Below, piece by piece: positions 1 through 9,900 of a stretch of 64,000 nt of DNA. Origin of the DNA: an uncultured Christensenella sp. (GTDB lineage: Bacteria; Bacillota; Clostridia; Christensenellales; UBA3700); NCBI GenBank assembly GCA_949298505.1, contig CASFWW010000002.1:12800-76799 (forward strand), given 5' to 3'. The position numbers and the translations under genes were made by a program. How positions within the stretch are numbered: position 1 is the first letter of the stretch; each line of letters begins with the position of its first letter. Under the pieces are notes generated by a model. That model saw only the letters and a program-made list of their open reading frames with translations, was not told the DNA's origin and did no database searches.

Positions 1-652
1 CACAGGCATCACGTTCTCGTCCGGTGAAACGGGAGAAGCGATTGCAAAAGTCGCCAAGTCCGACGGCACCTATCAGAACGTTACCGTACCCGTCAGAATG
101 AAGACGATCGCAGAGAAGGAAGGCGGTCTGCTCGATCTTACGTACACATATTACGGTTACGACTTCATAGCCGTCATGTACGACACTGAAAGCGGCGTTT
201 ACTTCGCTAACTTCTCAGAAGAGATCAGAGGACTCAGAGAGGGTTACATCGATCTGACGATGACCTACTGGTGCGAAGGAGATCTTGAACTTTACGAAGG
301 CGAGATCACCGACGACATCGCGGGCGACATAGTAACCGTGACAGAAGGAGACAAAAAAGTAAACTACATCAAGGTGTACACGACGCGTCAGATCAACGTT
401 TATGCAGACTTTACCAATATGCCGCAGAACGTCACTTCAAGCGTGTTCCGCTACTACCTTGAAGACAACCCCGTTGACAGTCCGGCAAACCTGCAGGCAA
501 GAGAGAACGCTTACGACATCCCCGTGACGTTTACCGACGGCGGCGGTAAATATTACGAATACACTATGAAAGGCATGGTCTGTGTGCTGGGCGTATCCGG
601 AACCAATACGGATTCGTCGGCGGCAAATACAGGCGTATCGGAGGGTAACTGA
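1..652 (+). CDS. hypothetical protein, 5'-truncated by window edge; first visible gene of the giant-surface-protein cluster
   Basis: The frame of listed ORF 98..652 stays open back to nt 2 with no stop, so the CDS enters from upstream. Stop TGA 650-652 lies 2 nt before the next ATG (655). No family recognised. Confidence 0.5.
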   Translation, partial: TGITFSSGETGEAIAKVAKSDGTYQNVTVPVRMKTIAEKEGGLLDLTYTYYGYDFIAVMYDTESGVYFANFSEEIRGLREGYIDLTMTYWCEGDLELYEGEITDDIAGDIVTVTEGDKKVNYIKVYTTRQINVYADFTNMPQNVTSSVFRYYLEDNPVDSPANLQARENAYDIPVTFTDGGGKYYEYTMKGMVCVLGVSGTNTDSSAANTGVSEGN

Positions 653-654
653 AA

Positions 655-3600
655 ATGGAGAGAATTAAGAGAAACAAATTTACCGTATCGGTAATTCTTC
701 TGATCATCGTCGCATTGCTTGCCACCGTACTGTTTACCGTTTTCGGCAACGAGAAGTTGACTGAGACGAAAGCGGCGGTCAACACGGATGAAATGGAAAG
801 AGCTACGATCGAGAACCACGGAGTGGGCGAGGCGGAACACCTCGCTCAGTCCGGCGGCAACAACGCCGTTCTCGAGAGATGGGGATTGCTGGGAAGCGCC
901 GATTATTCTGTTGTCTGGGTCAGCGACTCCGTCAGTCTCAGAAACGCTCTTGGTACCGCTACTGCGGCGGGAACTTCGGGGGCAAACAAGATCATCGTTT
1001 TCACAAACGACATCACCTGGAATCAGACCAGCATTGCGGATGACGTCGGCACACAGAAGTTTGTCGGTATACTCGACGGCAACGGCTATGAGCTGAACAT
1101 CAACCTCACCGCAAACACTACGGGAGGAAACGGCAAGAAGCAGGACAACAATAACGCTTACTATATGGTAACGCAGAACGACCTGGGTTCTTCAACCGAG
1201 AACTTCTCCGGAACGGACGGCAACGGTATGCGCGGCATGGGTCTCGTTGTGGGCGTAAACGCCGGCACGATAGCCAACATGAAGATAAATTACACCGCGT
1301 CCGGTAGCGCCATGACGAACGTTACGAGAACTCCCACGACGGGAAACAACAAGGGAGATCCTGTTGACGGCGCGTCTCTCGACTCTGCGTCCAATCCCGA
1401 CGTACCTTACGGCTTCGGTATCGTTACCGGCGTCAATATCGGCACGATAGACAACGTATACGTCAATCAGAAGTCTATCTTCACCGGAAATACCAAATCA
1501 CATGCCGGTTCAACAGCGTACGACAATCCCGCGAACGCGTTTGAAAACTGCGCTTCGGTAGGAGGTATCGCCGGCGCCAATATGGGCTACGGCAAGATCA
1601 ACAACTGCTATATGTATATCGGCAGCGATATCTGGGCGCAGGCAGACGGGCACTGGGGCAGCGGCGGAAGCGCGGCATACAGCGCGGCGTTTGCAGGCGG
1701 CATCACCGGCTGGATAAGAGGCAACAACAGCCAGATCACATACTGCTATATCGACGGCTCGGGAAATATAAAAAGCTGGGCGATGAGAGGAAAGGATTAT
1801 CCCTTTGTCAGTACCAATTACTGCATCAGTTTCGCAGGCGGCGTAACCACCGGTAAATTCCAGCTTTATATACAGTCGCAGTCTTCGTACAGATACAGCT
1901 ACGTCACCCCGCAGGATATGGGCGCGAACCAGGTCAAGGGTATAATTTCCAACTGGACGGGTGAAAGGCGCGATTCTTACGCGAGCGGACACTACATGAC
2001 CAACTCTTCAGACTATGAAACCGAAGCGAGACACGCCGACGGCATGCCTTTCGATTTCCTGAAATCGGCTGACCAGGGGAACGACAAACAGGACATGATC
2101 GTGTTTACATATAACTATAAGCACGTTACCGGAAACACGGCTCTCGACATGCCTCACTCAAACTATAACGGTTCTACCAACGGCAGCGCGGTCATGACGT
2201 CCAACTGGATCGAAATTTACAGCTGGACGCACTCTCTGTCAAAAGAGGAAAGTTCGGTTTCGGTCGCGTTTGAAAACGGCTATCTCAGAGTTCAGGCAAA
2301 TGCCGATCAGTACGTGAATTCGACAGGCGTCGATCTCGATTCTGTGACCAGAAGTACCAATCCCAGCGGATATATGCCCTCATACAGCGACACTTACGTC
2401 GGCAACATGATATGGGGAATGGATATCTACACGATAGGTCCTGATATAGAAGCGGAGTCTGCCGACAATATCACGAGCGTCGTCATTGAACCGACTTCAA
2501 AAGTAGGTTCTTTCGTGCGTTACTTCAACGCAACCATGACGAAGGGATCATACGTCGTCAAGTTCGGCTCAACGTACAGCTATGCGGTCAACGATAACAC
2601 CAAAACCACGAGGCAATATGACGGGACCGACATTTCCGACATGATGCCGTCGCTGAGCCTTACAAACTCTAAAGGTCAGACGATCGACGATCCTAATACG
2701 GATTATTACAACTGGTCTTATATCACGGGCGGTACTCAGGTTGCGCTCAATCAGACGATCTACCCCGGCACATACACCGTACAGCCTCAGGCGATAATAA
2801 ACGGCGTTGAAAACTCGGGTTATGTTTATTACGACGCAAGTCAGAGAACGCTTGCCGTGAACAAAGGCATCGGAGCTACCGTCATAATTTCAAGGGCAAC
2901 TTTGTCTCTGAAGTATTATGAGACGGGATGGGTCAACAAGGCGAACATAAGCGTTGAGTTCTCTTCCAACGGCTCCACAAACTGGAATACGCCGATAATC
3001 GACGCATACTCCTATATGGGCGGCACGAACAATGCGATAACAGATCTCAGTCTGGTGGGGACCAACAATTTCACGATAACCGAGGATACGACCACTCCCA
3101 AGAATGGCAGACAGATATACAATGTGACTGCCTATGTGAAGAATGCCAATGCGGATTACGTGGCGGTAGCCGATACGACCAAGGCTGCGACCGACGAAAA
3201 AACGGTCACGATCAGGATCGACAACGCCGCTCCCGTAATGCAGAGCGAGACGTATTATCTTGCGTCGCAGTTCGGAGAAGCCGGAGTTGAGGAAATTCAG
3301 CAGATGATCGCTGCCGATCCCGGCAAGTATACCGCGATAGATCAGAACGATATCAAGGCTGGCAAGTGGTTCGGCGAGCAGATTGTCGCCGTCGTCAACC
3401 TGGGAGACGAATCCAGAAGCGGCGTCAACAGCTCTGTCGGCGTGCAGGAAGCATCGGGTTCTTCAAACATTTTCGGCAATATGCTTGAAGAGAATTATTG
3501 CACGGTGGTCGGAAGCGACGGAAACGCGACGGTAGTCATGCGCATTACCGCAGAAGTCAGAGTTCAGATCTTCGTCAGCGACATAAAGGGCAACAATGCG

Positions 3601-6600
3601 ACCATCCTGATCAATGAGGGCAACAGCGTCAAGATAGACACGACTGAGATCGCTCTGAACGGCGTGGGTATGAGCGGAAGTCTTCTTGAAGTGACTTACG
3701 GCTACAATACCACGGCGGGCAAATCTTTCAGCAGGATCAAGATCACGTTCAACGCTACGTTCGGTGGCTCAGGACTCAACGTCTGGTATTATGTTGACAA
3801 CAATACACAGCTCGGAGACGACGTTACCGAGGCTCCGGAAAATGCAACCTGGACGAAATACGAATTCACGACGAATGTCTCATCCGGGCAGAACGTGAGC
3901 ATACAGGTAAACGAAGGAATGGAGAAAGCGGCGGTGTTCATCATGTTCAAGAACAGCGTTGAAGAATCCGAGCCAATCGTGATGCGTGTGACCACAAACA
4001 GTCACAAAGTGTTCACCGTTGACCTCAACGGCGCAAACATTGCGTTCAAAGCAGAGTACATCACGGTAACAAAGACGACGACAGACTCTGAAGGAGGAGC
4101 CGTCGATACGACGTACAATCTCAGCCAGCTCGTAAACGGAGGTTACGAAGGGGTCACGCTGATGGACTTCTTCAGCAAGACTTACGACGGCACGACCGCG
4201 CTCAATTCCAACGTAAAATTCGGTTTCACGGTGAGCGAAGACGTCATGCTCGAATACAACAAACATTATACAGGTTCGTTCCTTGCCTTGTCCGAGCAGG
4301 GGAATTTCAGGACCACCTGGATCCAGGTCGTTGCAGAATATGCCGATATGAACGCGGGAAGCACAGAGCTCAGGATCTATATGACAACCACGTCGGCCAG
4401 CAATATCGACATGAACATCCAGATAGATTACGGCGGCGAGATGGGAACGCAGCAGACTCTGACTGTATCCACACGTATAGACAGAATCAATATGGCGTTC
4501 GACATAAGCGAGATATTCCTGCTCGGCACAGGAATCGAGATGAGCAACGGAACTTACAGCGTAGACGGTCAGAACGTCAGGTTCAACTGGACGTACGGCG
4601 ACGTGTTCGACGGGCTTATCGTCAGGATCGTCAACGACGAAGACGGCGGCTCTATGTACTTCAGACTCAATTGTCAGGGAAAGAAGAACGAAAAGTACAT
4701 GAACGTCGGCGGTAATTATACCGCATACGTAGACGCGTTCATGATCGCGGGCGACACCTATCAGTCAGAAGATTTCAGCTCGCTCGTATACAACAGCGCA
4801 AATCAGGCGTATGAAGGCAACGCCGGTCTCAACTATTTCGTTTCGATCACGGGAAGCATCCCCATTGACGTAGCGGCAAAAGAGGTCAGACTGACGTTTG
4901 CGCTCGACGGTTCGACAAGATATTCCTTCTCGATACCGTACGACACGAAGCCGCATACCGTTACCGCAGCGTACAAGGACGTCGACGGCAACACCCAGTA
5001 TGCAAAGATCACCTGGAAGACTACGGGCGGCGCGTCTCTGACGGTCAGCGACATAGAGGAGATCGGTTCTTATACCGCTGTGGCAACGCTTGCTGACTCC
5101 AATTATCTGATAAAAGGTCAGTCTCAGCAGACCATCAGCATCACCGCGACATATCTTGACGTGCTTGTCCCGGACAAGACGGCTCAGTATAACGACGGTG
5201 GCGCGATCACTTACATTCCCGATCTTCCCGAAGGATCTCCGGCTGAAGGTCAGGACGTGGTGTGGACGATCATCTATTACCAGAAGCTGGGCGATTCTCT
5301 CAAGGTCATGACGGACGCAAGCGGCAATTACGTGACCAGCGTTACAGACGTGGGAGACTATTACGTCAGCGTTACGTTCGACCCCGAAAAGCAGCCTGAA
5401 GGCTCCAAGCTCAGACTGTATGCAAGAAAAGAGTATACAAAAGAAGGATCAACCGGCGCTTCATCGACCGACAACTACATCCTCTTCAGCGTTACCCCCG
5501 CAGACACCGTGATAACGGGAGTCGAAGACCAGGCGGTGACATACAACAAGGGATTGCAGATCGTCAACGTTTCAGGCGCAAAGGTCAACTCAAAGGGAAG
5601 CGGCAAAGAGCTTTCAGGAGAGAAAGTGGTTCTCCAGTACTGGGACGAAGAACAGGAAGCTTACGTGGATTTTGACGCAACTCTGAACAACGGCAAATAC
5701 AAGGACGTCGGAGAATATCAGTACAGACTCGTTTACTCCGGCAACGACAATTACAAATCCACGACGCTTGATCTCAGGCTGACGATCAACGCTGCGACGA
5801 TCAGCGGAGTTACGTTCGGCAACACGATCCAGGGCGAAACCGTGCTCGGCATCAAGGAAACGTATAATGACGGAAAAGAAGTTTCTTTGGCTGCCGATAT
5901 CACGGGAAGCAACATAAGCAAAGAAGATAACGTGGTTATCGAGTACAGAAAAGCCGTTTTGGCATTGTATGATCAGACGGTTCCGTCTTTCAGCACCGTC
6001 GGCAGGTATCAGGTATGGCTCAGGATCACGTGTCCCAACTACGTCACTTACGAGACCAGCGCGTATATTATCATCGTGGCGGCTCCGTATCCCGATGACG
6101 CGTTGACTTTCGACGAGTCCAACAAGGGCGGCATACTGACTGTCGATTATGACGGACAACCGCACATGATCAAATACACGGTCAACAAGGAAAAATACGG
6201 CACCGGCATCAGTGTTACCGAGTCAATGGATCCTCAGACGGAAGCAGGCGTATACGTGATCACGCTCACGGTCATGATGACTAACTACGAAGGTTTCACT
6301 TACGAGACGATGCTGACGATCAATCCGTTGCAGGTAACTGAAATTGACGATTCTTCTCTTGCTCAGGTCAAAGAAGAACATCCGACTTCAGACACTGATC
6401 TGTCATCGATTTCTGTGACGTTCAAGGGCGTCGACGGAAAAGACGAAGAGGCGGAACTCATCTTCAAGGATGAGGACGGCAACATAGTCCTGCTTGACGC
6501 ATACGGATGTCTGCCCGCAGGCACTTATACCGTCACTTATTCCGGAGGAGACAACTACAATCTGAGCGGAATCAGCGCGGAAACGATCACGATCGAGCAG

Positions 6601-6915
6601 AGCACGGGCGAAAAACCGCACGAGCACGCCGACGCTAACGGAGACGGAGTCTGCGACCTTTGCGGACAGCAGATGTCAGGAGGCAGCGAAGACTGCGATC
6701 ACATTGACTCAGACGGAGACGGCAAGTGCGACAATTGCGGAGCGTCAATGGGCGGAGGTTCGGTAACTCCTCCCAAGGAAAGCCCCAACATCGTGCTTTA
6801 CGTCGTACTCGGCGTATGCGGTCTGCTCATCGTGGCTTCTGTTGTAGGAGTAATAGTTGCGGCGGTCGTCAAGTCCAAAAAGAAAAAGAACAACAACCGC
6901 TATAACATAATCTGA
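655..6915 (+). CDS. giant cell-surface protein (2086 aa): N-terminal hydrophobic anchor/signal, GLUG-motif region, many Ig-like/MBG-like repeats, two DxDGDGxCDxCG motifs, C-terminal TM helix with Lys-rich tail
   Basis: GGAGGG RBS 8 nt upstream of the ATG. N-terminus VSVILLIIVALLATVLFTVF. GLUG-like SVGGIAGANMGYGKINNCY / FAGGITGWIRGNNSQITYCY. Repeated YDG...GxY...NY...I modules. C-terminus IVLYVVLGVCGLLIVASVVGVIVAAVVKSKKKK. No LPXTG. Confidence 0.85.
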   Translation: MERIKRNKFTVSVILLIIVALLATVLFTVFGNEKLTETKAAVNTDEMERATIENHGVGEAEHLAQSGGNNAVLERWGLLGSADYSVVWVSDSVSLRNALGTATAAGTSGANKIIVFTNDITWNQTSIADDVGTQKFVGILDGNGYELNINLTANTTGGNGKKQDNNNAYYMVTQNDLGSSTENFSGTDGNGMRGMGLVVGVNAGTIANMKINYTASGSAMTNVTRTPTTGNNKGDPVDGASLDSASNPDVPYGFGIVTGVNIGTIDNVYVNQKSIFTGNTKSHAGSTAYDNPANAFENCASVGGIAGANMGYGKINNCYMYIGSDIWAQADGHWGSGGSAAYSAAFAGGITGWIRGNNSQITYCYIDGSGNIKSWAMRGKDYPFVSTNYCISFAGGVTTGKFQLYIQSQSSYRYSYVTPQDMGANQVKGIISNWTGERRDSYASGHYMTNSSDYETEARHADGMPFDFLKSADQGNDKQDMIVFTYNYKHVTGNTALDMPHSNYNGSTNGSAVMTSNWIEIYSWTHSLSKEESSVSVAFENGYLRVQANADQYVNSTGVDLDSVTRSTNPSGYMPSYSDTYVGNMIWGMDIYTIGPDIEAESADNITSVVIEPTSKVGSFVRYFNATMTKGSYVVKFGSTYSYAVNDNTKTTRQYDGTDISDMMPSLSLTNSKGQTIDDPNTDYYNWSYITGGTQVALNQTIYPGTYTVQPQAIINGVENSGYVYYDASQRTLAVNKGIGATVIISRATLSLKYYETGWVNKANISVEFSSNGSTNWNTPIIDAYSYMGGTNNAITDLSLVGTNNFTITEDTTTPKNGRQIYNVTAYVKNANADYVAVADTTKAATDEKTVTIRIDNAAPVMQSETYYLASQFGEAGVEEIQQMIAADPGKYTAIDQNDIKAGKWFGEQIVAVVNLGDESRSGVNSSVGVQEASGSSNIFGNMLEENYCTVVGSDGNATVVMRITAEVRVQIFVSDIKGNNATILINEGNSVKIDTTEIALNGVGMSGSLLEVTYGYNTTAGKSFSRIKITFNATFGGSGLNVWYYVDNNTQLGDDVTEAPENATWTKYEFTTNVSSGQNVSIQVNEGMEKAAVFIMFKNSVEESEPIVMRVTTNSHKVFTVDLNGANIAFKAEYITVTKTTTDSEGGAVDTTYNLSQLVNGGYEGVTLMDFFSKTYDGTTALNSNVKFGFTVSEDVMLEYNKHYTGSFLALSEQGNFRTTWIQVVAEYADMNAGSTELRIYMTTTSASNIDMNIQIDYGGEMGTQQTLTVSTRIDRINMAFDISEIFLLGTGIEMSNGTYSVDGQNVRFNWTYGDVFDGLIVRIVNDEDGGSMYFRLNCQGKKNEKYMNVGGNYTAYVDAFMIAGDTYQSEDFSSLVYNSANQAYEGNAGLNYFVSITGSIPIDVAAKEVRLTFALDGSTRYSFSIPYDTKPHTVTAAYKDVDGNTQYAKITWKTTGGASLTVSDIEEIGSYTAVATLADSNYLIKGQSQQTISITATYLDVLVPDKTAQYNDGGAITYIPDLPEGSPAEGQDVVWTIIYYQKLGDSLKVMTDASGNYVTSVTDVGDYYVSVTFDPEKQPEGSKLRLYARKEYTKEGSTGASSTDNYILFSVTPADTVITGVEDQAVTYNKGLQIVNVSGAKVNSKGSGKELSGEKVVLQYWDEEQEAYVDFDATLNNGKYKDVGEYQYRLVYSGNDNYKSTTLDLRLTINAATISGVTFGNTIQGETVLGIKETYNDGKEVSLAADITGSNISKEDNVVIEYRKAVLALYDQTVPSFSTVGRYQVWLRITCPNYVTYETSAYIIIVAAPYPDDALTFDESNKGGILTVDYDGQPHMIKYTVNKEKYGTGISVTESMDPQTEAGVYVITLTVMMTNYEGFTYETMLTINPLQVTEIDDSSLAQVKEEHPTSDTDLSSISVTFKGVDGKDEEAELIFKDEDGNIVLLDAYGCLPAGTYTVTYSGGDNYNLSGISAETITIEQSTGEKPHEHADANGDGVCDLCGQQMSGGSEDCDHIDSDGDGKCDNCGASMGGGSVTPPKESPNIVLYVVLGVCGLLIVASVVGVIVAAVVKSKKKKNNNRYNII

Positions 6916-6924
6916 CACAATTTT

Positions 6925-6952
6925 TCTCCGCGGCGACGTTAAGCCGCGGGGA
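6925..6952 (+). other. intercistronic GC-rich stem-loop between the two giant genes (no T-run)
   Basis: tctccgcggc (6925-6934) pairs with gccgcgggga (6943-6952) with one mismatch; 8-nt loop. It is followed by gagaaacc, not a U-tract. Confidence 0.4.
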
Positions 6953-6989
6953 GAGAAACCTTGTAGGCAATTTTGGAGGGAAATTTTAT

Positions 6990-9900
6990 ATGGAAAAGAC
7001 AAAGAAGAGACTGATTTCTTCCGCATTGGTCACGGCGATAATTCTCGTCGTCGTGATATGCGGGCTGGTTTTCGGTCAAAGCGTCAACGTCGTTGAAGAC
7101 GCCGCATTTTCGGACGTTCAGTCTGACGGCGTGATCACGGGCGTTTACAGCGAAATTGAGGACGCACAGGCGTATTACCAGGATCTTATCACAAATCAGG
7201 ACTATACATCTGTCGACAGCCAGGATGAATTCAACAAATATTTCGCGTCCGGCGAAACGCAGGACAGCGGAAAATATGCGCTCAATCCTTCTGTCGAATT
7301 CACGGCTCAGAGCGCGAAATACCTGAAAAACGTGATCATCGACGGTTGCGGAGCAAAAGTGAATCTGAGCATCAACGCCGCAGAGGCTTTCAGCGATACA
7401 AGCACGATCGGTTCCAACAGCCAAACGGGTATTGCGGAACTCGGTCTCAGCGCAAATACGATGTTCTATTGGAATCCGATCAGCAAAAGCGAGCTTGTCT
7501 ATATAAAGCCGTACGGCGGACTTGCGGATTATGCTGTGAACACGACGATCAGAAACGTTGATTTCAATCTCAATTCCGCAACCGCTTCGCACAGTTATGA
7601 GAGTTTCGGCTCTGTTCTGATCGGCGGCGTTTTCGGCATCATGAGCAATTCGTCGGTCTCCAACTGCAATTTCACGACGGCGATCAAGATCGACAAATAT
7701 ACTTTCAAGCTTAATCCTCACGGCGGCGGCGCTTTTGACGGTGATACCGGCATGAGAAGCCGTCCGTACGACCTTGCGCTTTCTTTCGGTTCACTGGCAG
7801 GTTATATGTGTGAATGTACCGTCAGCGATGTCAGCCTGTATATCGATCCGGACACTATTATTTATTTAAGAGCTGAAGGTAAAACCGGCGGCTGGTATTC
7901 GGGTGATCAGGGCAATCCGAGGGTCGCAGTCGGCGGTCTTATAGGTATTGCGCAGAATAACAATACGATAAGGGATATCGCAATTTCCGGTGCGGGAACT
8001 CTAATCGCGGATCCGAGCGATCAACCTTATTACGAGGTGACTGGTTCCGCAAAACTGGGCATTGCCGGCGGACTTGTCGGTATAGTTTCCGATTCTGAGA
8101 ACCAGAATGAATACTTCATGCTCAAATCGGAAGGGCATACTCATATATACAATATCGTCAGCACATGGTCCGGCTCAATAAGCATGTGGGGTATAGTTTA
8201 TGGAACCATTAATTATACCGTCACCGGCATTACAGGTTCGCTTGTCGGCATAAAGGGTAAGTACGCATACGGAGAAAATACCGCGGCGTCGCCGATCGAC
8301 ACGACTTATCTGCACGGAGTTTACAAGCTTTACAGCGGAGATGCTCTGCCCACCGGCAACGTTGTTTCGTATTCTTACGCTAAAGACGCAACCGCAGCCG
8401 TTACCGAATATTCGGCGGCAGGCTTAGAATTTTCCAATATCAGAATTCGCGAAGACGGACAGGAATGGCTGAATATCACCGGAGACAAGAAAGTCGACAT
8501 CGGCTTCAGCGACACCGCATTCACATTGACTTACGACGTCACAGACAGCGTGAATACTGCGGCAAACGCGCTTTTGTGGAGTTATTCTCAAACAGTCATT
8601 TCCGGAGGAATTTCAACGACTCAGACAATTGAAACCTGGAAAGAAATAACCGTTGACGGAAACAAAAAGGTTATCGGTTCTTTTGAGGACTCCGCCAGAA
8701 ATTATACCGTTTCTATCGGTAACACGACTGTGACCAACACAACGTATGACTTCACCACGGGTTATTCCGCTTATTACAGAGTACAGGGCGAAGGCGAGTT
8801 CTCCTCTCAAGACAAGCTTCAGGGTACCGTCGGCACGAGAGTATACAACGTGAAAGAAAGAGAGTATAACGGAAACGCTCCCGAGGTACCCGTTGTCGAA
8901 CTTTATAAAGACAGCTCTTATCAGACGCTGGTCGCTTCTTCCACAAATGCGGATATGTGGACTGCGCAGAAGAACGGCAGCGGTTCGTTCAATCAGCTCA
9001 GCGCCGCGAAAGACGTAAACGACTGGTATCTGAGCCTTGTCAATACAGAAAGTACAACCGCAGGGTATTTGTATAACGCAACCGCTTCAGACGGCAAAAA
9101 TTACGTTGCTTATAAGGCGGACAACGCGATTGAGTCTCAGGATCCTTCGCTCAACGGCACACCGATCACGACAAGGTATTACGTATACAAGATCACGCAG
9201 AAAGTCATCACCCCCTCCATTGTTGACAAAACTGCGGACGAACTGATATACGACAATGCCGCAAAGGTGTTCACCGTGAATTTCGGCGATCAGATCTACG
9301 CGGGAGATACCGTTACCCCCACTCTCGTATATTATTCAGTGAACGGTGACGAGATTTCTTCTGCCGAGAACGCGACCGACGTCGGCTCATACAAAGTAGT
9401 GCTGACCAAAGTCTCCAACGGCAACTATACGCTTCCCGCCGAGGAGATCTCCAAAAACTTCGCGATCACCAAGAGGGTGCTCACTTCGACTATAGGAACG
9501 ACCACCGAGTTTACCTACAACGGTCATTTCCAGACCCCCGGTGTGACCATCGGCAATCAGATAGCCGGAGTTGAACAGAGCGCCGTCGTTTCAGTTACGT
9601 ACAGAAGGAACGGAGCCGCCGATTCCAGCGGCAACGTGGGCGAATATACGATGACGGTGGACCTCACCACTATCGGAAAGAAGAATTACGAACTGACCGG
9701 CGAGCTTGAGAAAACCTACAACATAAACAAGGCGCTCCTTGAATATACCGGTCTTGACGTATATACGTTCTCGTACGACAGCATCGGTGTGGACTACGAC
9801 AAGATGACCTCTATAACAGAGAACCCGATTGCAGTCGGCAATGCCGCGATCGGAGAGACGTTCGATTACACCGTCTATTTCAGACCTTATGTTGAAGGCG

